A stretch of DNA of 64,000 nt, taken from positions 1,024,001-1,088,000 of the forward strand of contig OY761556.1 of the NCBI GenBank assembly GCA_963664705.1, read 5' to 3'. Shown in pieces: positions 9,571 through 20,234 of this stretch (positions are counted from its first letter, which is position 1; the number at the start of each line of letters is the position of its first letter). Source of the DNA: Acidobacteriota bacterium (GTDB lineage Bacteria; Acidobacteriota; UBA6911). Below the pieces are notes generated by a model. It saw only the letters and a program-made list of their open reading frames with translations. It was not told the DNA's origin and searched no databases. The position numbers and the translations under genes were made by a program.

Positions 9571-10317
9571 TCAGGGTTTGCCGGTTACGCGAATTACCGC
9601 CGTGTGCGCGGACCTGTCGTGAGGCATTCGGCGATTGGGATCCCGCCACAAATCAAGTATCGGAAGCCCCAGGGTTGCCGGAATATGCAGGTAACCGACA
9701 AACCGCTCCAGGCTTTCCCACAAAGACAACCGGTGTCCATCAAGCCTGGCGATGCGAATGCCCAGCATGCGTTTCCCAAGCGTCGCACCTCGGCGGGTCG
9801 AGGAGAAAAGTGAAAAGTAAACGGCTGCCAGGCCGTACAGCGCCAGAAAACGAATTGACCGGGGAATCAGTTTGCTGATTTCAACCCTGATGGTTTTAGG
9901 CTTCGGCGGCGGGGGTTCGAATTCGCCAACTTGCAGCGACAACTCGTATCCATAGTCACGAACAAGCTCGAACGCCTCATCAATTTTCCCCTCCTCCAGG
10001 GCCACTCTGGCTGCACTTGGCATTCCGAGCATTTCATGCCGTGCGAGCAGGGGAAGGACCTTTTTTATGGCTTCCTCTCCTTCTTTTGTGTTGAGCGAAG
10101 TATCAGTCAGAAAGGTTCGCATGCCGGCAAATGCCTGAGGGTCGCTATAAGAGAGTGAAATTGCAGCGGCCCCTGCGGCTAAAAAAAGACTTGGAAAGAA
10201 TATCAGGGCGGTATCGAAAATAAATGCTAATGCTCGGCGCATGGGCGAAGCCAGCCGCGCACCGATCAGTTCCGGTTTTACCTGCAGCGGTTCATTTGAG
10301 AGCGTTCGTGGTTTCAT
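9571..10317 (-). CDS. RDD family membrane protein
   Basis: ASPMRRALAFIFD, GATLGKRMLGIRI and HDRSAHTAV motifs. Confidence 0.8.
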   Translation of the reverse strand: MKPRTLSNEPLQVKPELIGARLASPMRRALAFIFDTALIFFPSLFLAAGAAAISLSYSDPQAFAGMRTFLTDTSLNTKEGEEAIKKVLPLLARHEMLGMPSAARVALEEGKIDEAFELVRDYGYELSLQVGEFEPPPPKPKTIRVEISKLIPRSIRFLALYGLAAVYFSLFSSTRRGATLGKRMLGIRIARLDGHRLSLWESLERFVGYLHIPATLGLPILDLWRDPNRRMPHDRSAHTAVIRVTGKP

Positions 10318-10518
10318 GCTGCGTACTATAGCAAATATGATCAAGATCTGCAGCATTGCCGCCTGAATGCAAGCCTCTATCCGGGCCGTGAAAGTCTCTA
10401 AATTTTTCTTTGGAGCAATGGCGCCCATCCCTTTGTTCCGATTCCCCCCGGGCGAGAATGAAACTGGACTGATTCCGGACGGGGAAATGCGTCCTGTTTT
10501 GGGTATTATCCCCTCTTC

Positions 10519-10553
10519 AGGCAGCTAGCTCAGCGGCAGAGCATCGGTCTTAC
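10519..10553 (+). pseudogene. Degenerate copy of the 5' half of tRNA-Val(TAC)
   Basis: 10526-10553 is identical over 28 nt to 10925-10952. It ends at the anticodon and its acceptor stem is mutated. Confidence 0.8.
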
Positions 10554-10917
10554 CCTAATCCCACTATGGAGTCAACCCATCGCCGGTCTCTTCGCTCCTC
10601 GCATCACGCCATGGGTCGCCCTGCTGGGCATAGCGCTCGTAGCACATTCATGGTTATATGCAGCCATCGTAACTGTCTTTGTTTTCTTTCATTCCTGGCA
10701 CGGAATACAAAACCTGTGACCATGGCGGATCCCAAACAGGTAAATGTATATGAACCTCTTCTTGTGAGGTTAATTTTGAGGCTGCCTCGCAGGCCGCCCT
10801 CCCTGATTTCCCAGGGGCAATATAGCCGTTTGTTGATTGGTGTTGATTGGAGCGGTGTTCTGATTGATTTTTTGGTCTTCCAAATCCGTCATAAGTTTAG
10901 TAATATCACCCCTCTTT

Positions 10918-12164
<1,247 letters not shown>

Positions 12165-12165
12165 T

Positions 12166-12903
12166 TTATTTCCTCCTTTTCGTGCCTCCCTTTAACTTCT
12201 CTTCTTGCGCTTTGACCGAGGCGCGGTACTCTGCTTGTTTCTGCTTGAAGTACTCCTTTCCCTGTTTTTTCCCCCATGCGGATACGCGGCAATTTGTAGA
12301 ACAAAATTCCTGCGATGATTTGACCTTCAAAAAAAGAGCGTCACAGTTAGGACAAATCTTTATGGGATCATGTGCGAGTAGATCCGGATTCTCGAAATGC
12401 TCCAGGTAATAAACAAGAGCTTCCGCTACATTCCGCAACTGTGCGGATGAGCGTTCGATTCGCCAGGGCTCACCTTCATTCCTTGGAAATAGAAAACATT
12501 GAAGTACTGGACCGTTAAGACACTTCGTTAGAATTTCCGTTTCTTCTGGAAGCCCCACGAAAGAATAAATAGGACCTTTGAAAATAAACTTTTCTCCACG
12601 TGCCTTAGCATCACGTTTCATCTCTTCAATTTTTTTTATGGTTCTTTCCCTGCCAGTTGGGTTCTCAACGTGTTCTCGAAGAATCCTGTAAAGAGCGTCT
12701 AAGTCTGGGATCTGTGATTTCCCTGTTACTGTCACCACTTTAAGGCGCTTGTCTCTTTTGGAAAATGTTCCATCGCGTGGCCCCACCATTTTGTGTGCCT
12801 CAGGCAAACCATGCTTCTTTCCCAATTCAAGATGGGCCATACCCCGCATTAAATTTGCCGCATCACCTTGCATCAACCGAACTGCAACAGCGAAAAGATT
12901 CAT
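12166..12903 (-). CDS. Hypothetical protein with C-terminal CGNR-like zinc finger, possibly a regulator
   Basis: CPNC-x13-CSTNCR followed by a basic tail. Has an RBS and ends 1 nt before the int start. Confidence 0.6.
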   Translation of the reverse strand: MNLFAVAVRLMQGDAANLMRGMAHLELGKKHGLPEAHKMVGPRDGTFSKRDKRLKVVTVTGKSQIPDLDALYRILREHVENPTGRERTIKKIEEMKRDAKARGEKFIFKGPIYSFVGLPEETEILTKCLNGPVLQCFLFPRNEGEPWRIERSSAQLRNVAEALVYYLEHFENPDLLAHDPIKICPNCDALFLKVKSSQEFCSTNCRVSAWGKKQGKEYFKQKQAEYRASVKAQEEKLKGGTKRRK

Positions 12904-12924
12904 GATTTATCTCCTTGAAGTGTC

Positions 12925-13015
12925 AATACGGTATGGGACCGTTATGTGTGTGATACCGTATTTACGTATAAAGTATACATTGCGTATTGCGTTGACGCAA
13001 CGTAAAAAGTACTAT
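12925..13015. promoter_or_regulatory. Divergent control region of the element
   Basis: TTGCGT-N17-TACTAT at 12987-13015, palindrome TTGCGT-TG-ACGCAA at 12987-13000, and inverted repeat AATACGGTAT/ATACCGTATT at 12925-12962. Confidence 0.55.
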
Positions 13016-13022
13016 GAGCGTC

Positions 13023-13289
13023 ATGAGCTTGGGGATCGAGCCAGGGTACATAACGAAAAGGCACGCGGAGATCTACAGTGATCTGAAATCTAGATCCCTG
13101 GAAGATGCCATCCGCAAAGGCAAGCTGCGGGCCTTCCGGATCGGGAAAAAGACTCTCATCGAAAAAGCATCCCTAGATGACTACATACACCAGCACGAAA
13201 TAACTCCCAAAGATAAGCAGATGGAAAAAAGCGAGCTTCAAGAGATGCTCACGCGTGCCATCGAGCGTGCAAAGAAGGGCATCGCATGA
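13023..13289 (+). CDS. Excisionase-like HTH DNA-binding protein
   Basis: AIRKGKLRAFRIGKKTLIEKASLDDYI is typical of HTH_17/Xis proteins. Divergent from int. Alternative start at 13014. Confidence 0.8.
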   Translation: MSLGIEPGYITKRHAEIYSDLKSRSLEDAIRKGKLRAFRIGKKTLIEKASLDDYIHQHEITPKDKQMEKSELQEMLTRAIERAKKGIA

Positions 13290-13834
13290 TAGCCCGCTCC
13301 GAGTTGCCATCCATTTCAAGCATCCTGACCGGATTGGGCATCAATCCTAACCAACACGGCCGGACAAAGTGTCCGATTCACCAGGGCGAAAACAAACAGG
13401 CATTCTCATACAACGATGCAAAAGGTCTTTGGTACTGCTTCCGCTGTGGGTTCGGTGGGGACGCTATCGACCTCGTGAAGCGATCCCTGGACGTGGACTT
13501 TGTGGGCGCTCTGCGATGGCTTGGATTGAGTTCTGATTTTATCAAGGCTCCAGATCCGGCCGTGCTGCGCCAATACAGAATCCGAACAGGGCTCAAGAAT
13601 TGGGCTCATGACTTACAGCGTGAACTTCGGGATCAGTTCTATCACAGATCAAAAATTGAAATGAACGGCAAGCGCCGTCTCTTACGGGACCCAGAGGATT
13701 GCATCGGATGGGAACTTCTGTCCGTGGCATACACCGGGATCCCATTCGATGAGCTGGAACGGCGGCTGGACTTGCTGAACGGGACCGATGAACAGCAACT
13801 GGAGATTTTTAGGCAAATGAGGTCGGCTGAATGA
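13286..13834 (+). CDS. CHC2 zinc-finger (primase Zn-binding domain) protein
   Basis: CPIH...WYCFRCGFGGDAIDLV motif. No TOPRIM domain seen. Confidence 0.82.
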   Translation: MIARSELPSISSILTGLGINPNQHGRTKCPIHQGENKQAFSYNDAKGLWYCFRCGFGGDAIDLVKRSLDVDFVGALRWLGLSSDFIKAPDPAVLRQYRIRTGLKNWAHDLQRELRDQFYHRSKIEMNGKRRLLRDPEDCIGWELLSVAYTGIPFDELERRLDLLNGTDEQQLEIFRQMRSAE

Positions 13835-14811
13835 AAGCTACAGCGCCTAATCCTTTCGCGGAATTGACGGCCGAAGAAGAAGCGCGACTTGAGCGCGAAG
13901 CTATACAAGCCGAATCTGCCGGACAATTACGTCCCTTTGGGGAGAGGCCTGAAGAACGGAATATTGCGGCCGAAGTCCGCGAATATGTAGCAACGCTTGA
14001 AGGCTCTTTCTCCACTCAACAGCTATACACCGATTTAAGTATCACAAACCGCAAAGACAAAACCTCCGCCCGAGTTGCCTTACACCGAATGCGAGGAAGC
14101 GTCATTGAGACAGAGGGAGATCGGGCCGGATGGTATCGAATCATATCGGATCGGCTGCAAGAGATGGACCTTGAGAACGTCTCAATGGAATCCCTGGATC
14201 TATGGTTGCCGCTTGACCTTCACAACAAAGCATCCGTAATGCCGGGAAATCTGATAGTAATAGCTGGAGGTCCTGACGCTGGGAAAAGCGCATTCCTACT
14301 GAACATCATCAAGCGGAACGTCGATGTTTGGCATTGCCATTACTTCAACTCCGAAATGGGGCCGGAAGAGCTGCGAAAACGGCTGGACCTGTTTGGCAGT
14401 TTCCCGCGCAAGCATAAAAACTTCCATGCTTATGAACGGTCCTCCGATTTTCAGGATGTAATCCGAACGGGCGGACACACACTAAATCTCATCGATTACC
14501 TGGAAGTGACAGACGAATTTTACAAAGTCTCCGCATTGATGTCTGCCATACACCGGAACCTTAACGGCGCTGTGGCAATTGTTGCAATCCAGACAAAGAC
14601 AGGCACTGACATGCCGCTTGGAGGACAGCGGGCGCTTGAAAAGGCTCGGCTGGCCATTGCACTGCGTGCCGGGAATAAGACTGAGCCCAACACGGCAACC
14701 GTTCTCAAATGCAAAAACCGCAAAACGGACCACAGCATGATCGGCAAAACGAGAGCATACAAGCTCATTGGCGGATCGGAATTCAGATGCGACTCACCCG
14801 ACTGGATGTAA
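13831..14811 (+). CDS. DnaB/RecA-like ATPase (replication helicase-like)
   Basis: Walker A GGPDAGKS, FNSEM, Walker B LIDYL and AIQ motifs resemble SF4 helicases. Confidence 0.78.
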   Translation: MKATAPNPFAELTAEEEARLEREAIQAESAGQLRPFGERPEERNIAAEVREYVATLEGSFSTQQLYTDLSITNRKDKTSARVALHRMRGSVIETEGDRAGWYRIISDRLQEMDLENVSMESLDLWLPLDLHNKASVMPGNLIVIAGGPDAGKSAFLLNIIKRNVDVWHCHYFNSEMGPEELRKRLDLFGSFPRKHKNFHAYERSSDFQDVIRTGGHTLNLIDYLEVTDEFYKVSALMSAIHRNLNGAVAIVAIQTKTGTDMPLGGQRALEKARLAIALRAGNKTEPNTATVLKCKNRKTDHSMIGKTRAYKLIGGSEFRCDSPDWM

Positions 14812-14975
14812 CAGATGTAACAGCTTGTAACAGATGTAACAAAAGTAACGCTTTGTAACCGCAATGTAACGACTTTGTAACAGGATGTAACAGTGATTTC
14901 TGATAAGTGGTTGAAAACAAAGGATAGACACCCAAAACGGCAGAACTGGCCTGTTACCTCTCTATATATAAAAAA
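14807..14975. repeat. Iteron array and AT-rich tract, putative replication origin
   Basis: Nine (T)GTAAC copies at 9-11 bp spacing from 14807 to 14891, an inverted GTTAC at 14953, then TATATATAAAAAA. Confidence 0.8.
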
Positions 14976-15034
14976 CGTGTGTGTAAAGAAGAAGACATGG
15001 CCGCGTTGGAGCGCGGCCGCAAGCGCCGGGGACC

Positions 15035-15220
15035 ATGCCCATGAATAACACCAGCGCGGACAGGAACACAACAAAGACTCAGGAGCGCACACTGGTGCGC
15101 CGTGTCCTATGGAGACGCGGCAGGATCATCGTCTACCAGGACATGAGCGGGCGCTATCTGTGGGCCGATCTCAATGCAGGGAAACAGCGTCCTGCAGTTG
15201 TGAGGGCTCATGCCAGCTAA
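15035..15220 (+). CDS. Small hypothetical protein
   Basis: Fills the gap between the origin and the HNH gene and overlaps the HNH start. Confidence 0.4.
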   Translation: MPMNNTSADRNTTKTQERTLVRRVLWRRGRIIVYQDMSGRYLWADLNAGKQRPAVVRAHAS

Positions 15221-15617
15221 TCCATTCTATGCAAGCGCAGCATGGAGACGGCTTCGCAAAGCGAAGCTAGCACAGGATCCGCTGTGCCAATACTGCGGTG
15301 AAAAAGCTGCTAGCCAGGTCGATCATGCCTTGAGTATTGAAAACGGCGGTGATCCGTTCGCATGGGAAAATCTTAGATCCGCGTGTGTCGCATGCCATTC
15401 CAGAAAAACCTATTACATCGAGGTCCTGGGCCGGGATCGTGTTCCCGTCAAAGGATGCCGCGCTGACGGCACGCCATTGGATCCCGAACATCATTGGAAC
15501 AGGAATACATCGGCACAGGCTCAAGCTATGAATATCGATCCTGAGCCGTTTAAACGCGAAAAAAATTTGGTAGGTCTGAGCGACATAATCCGGGCGCGCG
15601 TTGAGGAAAAGAGTTAG
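15210..15617 (+). CDS. HNH endonuclease (HK97 gp74-like packaging cofactor)
   Basis: PLCQYC, VDH and NLRSACVACHSRKT motifs. Directly upstream of the terminase. Confidence 0.9.
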   Translation: MPANPFYASAAWRRLRKAKLAQDPLCQYCGEKAASQVDHALSIENGGDPFAWENLRSACVACHSRKTYYIEVLGRDRVPVKGCRADGTPLDPEHHWNRNTSAQAQAMNIDPEPFKREKNLVGLSDIIRARVEEKS

Positions 15618-15620
15618 TTC

Positions 15621-17231
15621 ATGGGACAAAGGGGACCGGGAGCCAAACCAGTAAAGCAGATACGCCGGAAAACGACTTCCCGGAAGAGGTCCGCAAAGAA
15701 GGGCTCCCGCGTGGAACGCGTGATTCGTTTCATCGAATCCCTTCCGATCACTAGCGGGATGCTGGCCGGAAAGAAATTCAAAGTACGGCCGTGGCAGAGA
15801 TCCATTCTTGAGGGAATTTATCGGACAGATGAAAACGGAAAGCGGATTGTGCGTCAGGCGCTCATCACAATGCCGCGAAAGAACGGGAAAACAGGGCTCA
15901 CCGCAGCACTGGCACTCTGTCATTTATGCGGACCTGAAGCAGAGCAACGCGGCCAGGTCTATTCGGCCGCAGCGGATCGGAATCAGGCTGGATTAATCTA
16001 CGAGGAAATGAAGGCAATCATCCGCGAAGTCCCGGAACTGGACCAGCGAATTATCGTTAGGGATTTCACCAAACACCTGGAAGACGTGGAGACGGGCTCC
16101 ATCTACATGGCGCTTTCGGCCGATGCCAAAACGAAGCACGGTTTTTCCGCATCCTGCATCATCTACGATGAATTGGCACAAGCGCCGGACAGACGACTGT
16201 ATGACGTATTGATGACCAGCATGGGCGGACGTGCCGAACCGCTGGCCATCGTGATTAGCACTCAATCGAGCGATCCGCACAGCATCATGACCGAACTGGT
16301 GGACTATGGCGTCCAGGTCCGTGATGGAATCCTCGAAGATTCTGCTTTTTACCCTGTCATCTACACGGCGCCGGAAGACGCGGACCCATGGAACGAGGCT
16401 ACATGGTTCGCGTGCAATCCAGCACTTGGGGATTTTCGTTCGCTTGAGGAAATGAGATCTGCGGCACTCCAGGCGCAGCGCATCCCGGCGCGGGAATCAT
16501 CGTTCCGGCTTTTATACCTAAATCAGCGCGTGTCCGCCGATGCCAGATTCATCAATAAAGCCGATTGGGACTCTTGCGCGGGCGATATCGATATTGAATC
16601 ACTTCGCGGGCGTCCCTGCTATGGCGGGCTGGATCTTTCATCCACAACGGATTTAACCGCGCTGGTTCTCTACTTTCCCGAGGACGGCGGCGCTGTGCTT
16701 CCCTTTTTCTGGGTCCCGGCGGATCGGCTGAGAGAACGCGAACACAGTGACAAAGTACCTTACTGGACTTGGCATCAATCGGGATTCCTGCAAGCGCCAG
16801 CGGGACGGGCAATAGATAAGCAGTTCATCATTCACAAACTGGCAGAACTCGCCAGCACTTTTGATTTCCAGGGTATTGCATACGATCGGTGGCGCTTCGA
16901 GGATTTAAAAAAATTGCTCGAGAATGAAGGTATAGAAATCCCGATCACGCCGTGGGGACAGGGATACCAGGACATGGGGCCCGCCGTCGATGCGATAGAG
17001 ACAGCCATTCTTAATAGAACAATCAAACATGATCGGCATCCTATCTTGACCTGGAATGTCTCCAATGCCGTTGTCGAGATCGATCCTGCGGGCTCGCGCA
17101 AGATCACTAAGGAAAAAAGCATCGAGCGTGTAGACGGGCTTGTGTCGCTTGTAATGGCCGTGGGACTCCACGCCAAAGCGCCTAAACCTATGCAGTATGA
17201 CTTTTCACGGCCGCTAGTGATATCGGCCTAA
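15621..17231 (+). CDS. terL: Terminase large subunit
   Basis: PRKNGKT Walker A, YDELAQ Walker B, and GLDLSSTTDLTA and RVDG nuclease motifs. Confidence 0.95.
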   Translation: MGQRGPGAKPVKQIRRKTTSRKRSAKKGSRVERVIRFIESLPITSGMLAGKKFKVRPWQRSILEGIYRTDENGKRIVRQALITMPRKNGKTGLTAALALCHLCGPEAEQRGQVYSAAADRNQAGLIYEEMKAIIREVPELDQRIIVRDFTKHLEDVETGSIYMALSADAKTKHGFSASCIIYDELAQAPDRRLYDVLMTSMGGRAEPLAIVISTQSSDPHSIMTELVDYGVQVRDGILEDSAFYPVIYTAPEDADPWNEATWFACNPALGDFRSLEEMRSAALQAQRIPARESSFRLLYLNQRVSADARFINKADWDSCAGDIDIESLRGRPCYGGLDLSSTTDLTALVLYFPEDGGAVLPFFWVPADRLREREHSDKVPYWTWHQSGFLQAPAGRAIDKQFIIHKLAELASTFDFQGIAYDRWRFEDLKKLLENEGIEIPITPWGQGYQDMGPAVDAIETAILNRTIKHDRHPILTWNVSNAVVEIDPAGSRKITKEKSIERVDGLVSLVMAVGLHAKAPKPMQYDFSRPLVISA

Positions 17232-17248
17232 CTTTAGAAAGGAACACC

Positions 17249-18550
17249 ATGAGATTGAGTGAGTTGCTTCAGCGCAGAACACAAGTAGTCGCAGAGATGC
17301 GTTCTTTGACCGGCAATCCAGCGGGGGAAGGCGGGGACCTTTCCACCGAACAGACTACAAAATTTGATTCTCTCAAAACGGAACTTGAGGGAATCGAGAA
17401 GCAGATTGAGCGTCAGCAGATCCTTGATGCCGCGGAACGGCGCATGAATGGCGAACAGATTGCCGGAAGCGGGGACGGCAATTTCGATAATCTGTGCCGG
17501 GATTTTTCCCTGACGCGGGCGATTGCTTCAATGATCGAACCGCGTTCAGTGGATGCGGGCCGGGAGATCGAAGCATCAAAGGAGCTAGCACGACGCAGCG
17601 GGAAGACGGCACAAGGAATGTTTGTTCCGCTGAATGCGATTGTAAATGTCGAACGACGGACGCAGACAGTTGCGGCGGATGCCGGGAATCTTGTTCGCAC
17701 GGATGTTCTGGCGGATCAGTTCATCGATGCGCTTCGTCCGGCGACTGTCCTAGGTGCATTGGGCACAAGAATGCTGACCGGACTTCAAAGTGATATCAGC
17801 ATTCCGAAAATGGATGCGCTGACGCCCGCAGCGGAATGGTTGGAAAGCGAAGGCACATCGGCTCTCAGTGGCGGGGACCACTCCTTTACTCATGTTTCGG
17901 GCTCACCGAAAACCGTAGGGCTTTTGACCGAGTGGAGCAGGAAAACTTTGCTGCAAGCCAATCCCTCCATTGAATCCCTTGTCCGCGCTGACTTCACGGC
18001 AAAGCTAGCCGCAGCGGTGGACCTGGCGGGGCTCAATGGAACAGGAGCCAATGGACAACCGAAAGGTATTTTGAGGTATTCCGAGATCAGTACGGAAACC
18101 CTCACAAGCAACGCCGTGGCATGGGCGAATGTCTTGAACATGATTGCGGCCGTCCTGGCGTCTGATGTTCGCGGAGGACGATTTGGCTGGACCTTCAATG
18201 CGTACGTCCAGGCAAATCTGAGGGCAACACCGAAATGGGAAAACGTGACTGAGACGCAGGGATTTTTGATGGATGACCCGAACTCATTGGCGGGCTATCC
18301 GGCACAGATCACAAGCCAGATGCCTGGAAATCCCAAGTCCTCACCCGTAACCAGCGGCACGATTCTTTTCGGGGATTTCAGCCAGGTCATTCTTGCATTT
18401 TGGGGGAACGCTGGCGCGGACATTCTGGTGAATCCCTACGCAGACAGCGTATATGCAAAGGGCAATGTCGCAATACGCGCCTTCACGGAGTGCGACGTTC
18501 TTATCAGGCATCCCGAGGGATTCTGCAAAGCCACGGGGATCACACTGTGA
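17249..18550 (+). CDS. HK97-family major capsid protein
   Basis: Coiled-coil N-terminal (delta-like) region, FIDALR, LNGTGANGQPKGIL, LAGYP and LFGDFS motifs. Confidence 0.93.
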   Translation: MRLSELLQRRTQVVAEMRSLTGNPAGEGGDLSTEQTTKFDSLKTELEGIEKQIERQQILDAAERRMNGEQIAGSGDGNFDNLCRDFSLTRAIASMIEPRSVDAGREIEASKELARRSGKTAQGMFVPLNAIVNVERRTQTVAADAGNLVRTDVLADQFIDALRPATVLGALGTRMLTGLQSDISIPKMDALTPAAEWLESEGTSALSGGDHSFTHVSGSPKTVGLLTEWSRKTLLQANPSIESLVRADFTAKLAAAVDLAGLNGTGANGQPKGILRYSEISTETLTSNAVAWANVLNMIAAVLASDVRGGRFGWTFNAYVQANLRATPKWENVTETQGFLMDDPNSLAGYPAQITSQMPGNPKSSPVTSGTILFGDFSQVILAFWGNAGADILVNPYADSVYAKGNVAIRAFTECDVLIRHPEGFCKATGITL

Positions 18551-19065
18551 TTTCCCTGGAACGCAGGGCCATAACTGAATTGAGGGCTGCGGGCCGCAAG
18601 CTGGAGGGCTACGCAGCCCGCTTTAACGTCGAAGCGCGGATAGCGGACTTCACCGAAGTGATCCGCGCCGGCGCTTTCGGCGCATCTCTGGCCGGCAGCC
18701 GGGACATTCTGGCGCTTGTCGATCACGATAGAACTCGCGTTCTGGCGCGGACCCGATCCGGCAATCTGAAGCTGGCCGAGGACAACAACGGATTGCAGTT
18801 CGAATTGAGCGTTCCTGATACGACATTCGGAGCGGACATTCTGGAGCTGGCCGAACGCGGGGACCTGGGCGGAATGTCCTTCGCATTCACCGTGCCCAAA
18901 AACGGCGAACGATGGACGGGACGCAAGCGGGAATTGCTGGCCGTGGACCTTCACGAAATCAGCGTAGTGTCCGCATGGCCAGCATATGAAGGGACCGTAG
19001 TCACGCCACGTTCGAAGACTCCGCGTCTTAATCTTCTCACCCGATACCTGGAGACAGTCCGATGA
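18547..19065 (+). CDS. HK97-family prohead protease
   Basis: LEGYAARF, LVDHD, GMSFAF and LHEISVV motifs. The GTG start overlaps the capsid stop (GTGA). Confidence 0.93.
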   Translation: MISLERRAITELRAAGRKLEGYAARFNVEARIADFTEVIRAGAFGASLAGSRDILALVDHDRTRVLARTRSGNLKLAEDNNGLQFELSVPDTTFGADILELAERGDLGGMSFAFTVPKNGERWTGRKRELLAVDLHEISVVSAWPAYEGTVVTPRSKTPRLNLLTRYLETVR

Positions 19066-20234
19066 AACTAATCAAACGAATTGCAGAATGGATGGATCCG
19101 GAGCGCCGGAGTCTTTCAAGCCGGGATCCCGTGCTTGCGCGTGCTCTGGGTGGGCTGGATACAGGTGGACTGCTAGTCAATCCTCGAACAGCCGAGAACT
19201 TATCATGCGTTTTGGCTTGCGTGTCGGCCATTTCTTCCGGGCTGGCGTCCCTTCCTGCGTACGTTTACCAGAGCGTCCAGGGCGGGCGCGTGATCGACGA
19301 TACACACTCAATTTCGCATCTTATCGCAACTGGGCCGAACCAGCATCAAACCTGGGCGGACTGGATTGAGTGGACAATGGCCAGCGTACTGCTTCGCGGA
19401 AACGGCGTTTCCGAGATTGTGACCGACAGATATGGGGCAATTGCCGCGCTCCGTCCTGTCCCCTGGGAATGGGTATCAGTTCAACTGCTTCCGAATGGTC
19501 GATTGGTCTATGACGTTTCCGAGATCACTTCCATCTATGGCGGGACAGGCGGGACCCGGAGACTGTTGCAGGACGAAGTATTTCACCTGCGGGACCGCAC
19601 GGATGATGGATTAATAGGCAAATCCAGGCTCCAGCGGGCTGCGGCCGTGGTAGCCGCGGGGATGTCCATCCAGACTTTCGCCAACGCCCTTTATGAAAAT
19701 GGAGTCAATCCAAGCGGGGCGCTTGAAGTAGACGGAAAACTCAGCACGGAGGGCTATCAGCGATTGGCAACAATGTTCCGTGAAGCCTATGCCGGATCCC
19801 ATCACGCAGCAAAGGCGATGGTATTGGATCAGGGCGTCCACTGGAAACAGATCAGCCTAAATCCCGAGGATGCGGAATTTTTAAACAGTCGGCGCTTCAC
19901 GACTGAGGAGCTGGCCAGGATATTCAACGTCCCTCCCCCTATCATTGGGGATCTTCAATACGGAACATTCTCAAACGTCGAAACACTTTTGCGCTGGTTC
20001 GCGCAGAACACGCTTAGTCCCTGGATAAAAAAGATTGAATCTGAGTTCACCCGAAGCGTATTCGGCGCTTCCCGTGACACGCATCGGCTGGAGATCGATC
20101 TATCAGGGCTCATGCGCGGGGATCCGGCGCAACGCTGGAGTGCATGGAAGATTGCCGTTGAAGCGGGAATCCTGACTCCGAATGAGATACGCCAGGAAGA
20201 GGGCTTCAATCCTTTGCCAGCGCAACCGAATTGA
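19062..20234 (+). CDS. HK97-family portal protein
   Basis: PNQHQT, LLRGNG, VFHLR, ELARIFNVPP and LTPNEIRQEEGFNP motifs. Confidence 0.94.
   Translation: MKLIKRIAEWMDPERRSLSSRDPVLARALGGLDTGGLLVNPRTAENLSCVLACVSAISSGLASLPAYVYQSVQGGRVIDDTHSISHLIATGPNQHQTWADWIEWTMASVLLRGNGVSEIVTDRYGAIAALRPVPWEWVSVQLLPNGRLVYDVSEITSIYGGTGGTRRLLQDEVFHLRDRTDDGLIGKSRLQRAAAVVAAGMSIQTFANALYENGVNPSGALEVDGKLSTEGYQRLATMFREAYAGSHHAAKAMVLDQGVHWKQISLNPEDAEFLNSRRFTTEELARIFNVPPPIIGDLQYGTFSNVETLLRWFAQNTLSPWIKKIESEFTRSVFGASRDTHRLEIDLSGLMRGDPAQRWSAWKIAVEAGILTPNEIRQEEGFNPLPAQPN

Noticed and set aside
10696-10711. sigma54 promoter at TGGCACGG
   Set aside because: It lacks the -12 GC at the required spacing.
14807-14891. Repeat array as a CRISPR
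   Set aside because: Units are 5-6 bp with 3-5 bp gaps, there are no spacers or cas genes, and an iteron origin fits better.
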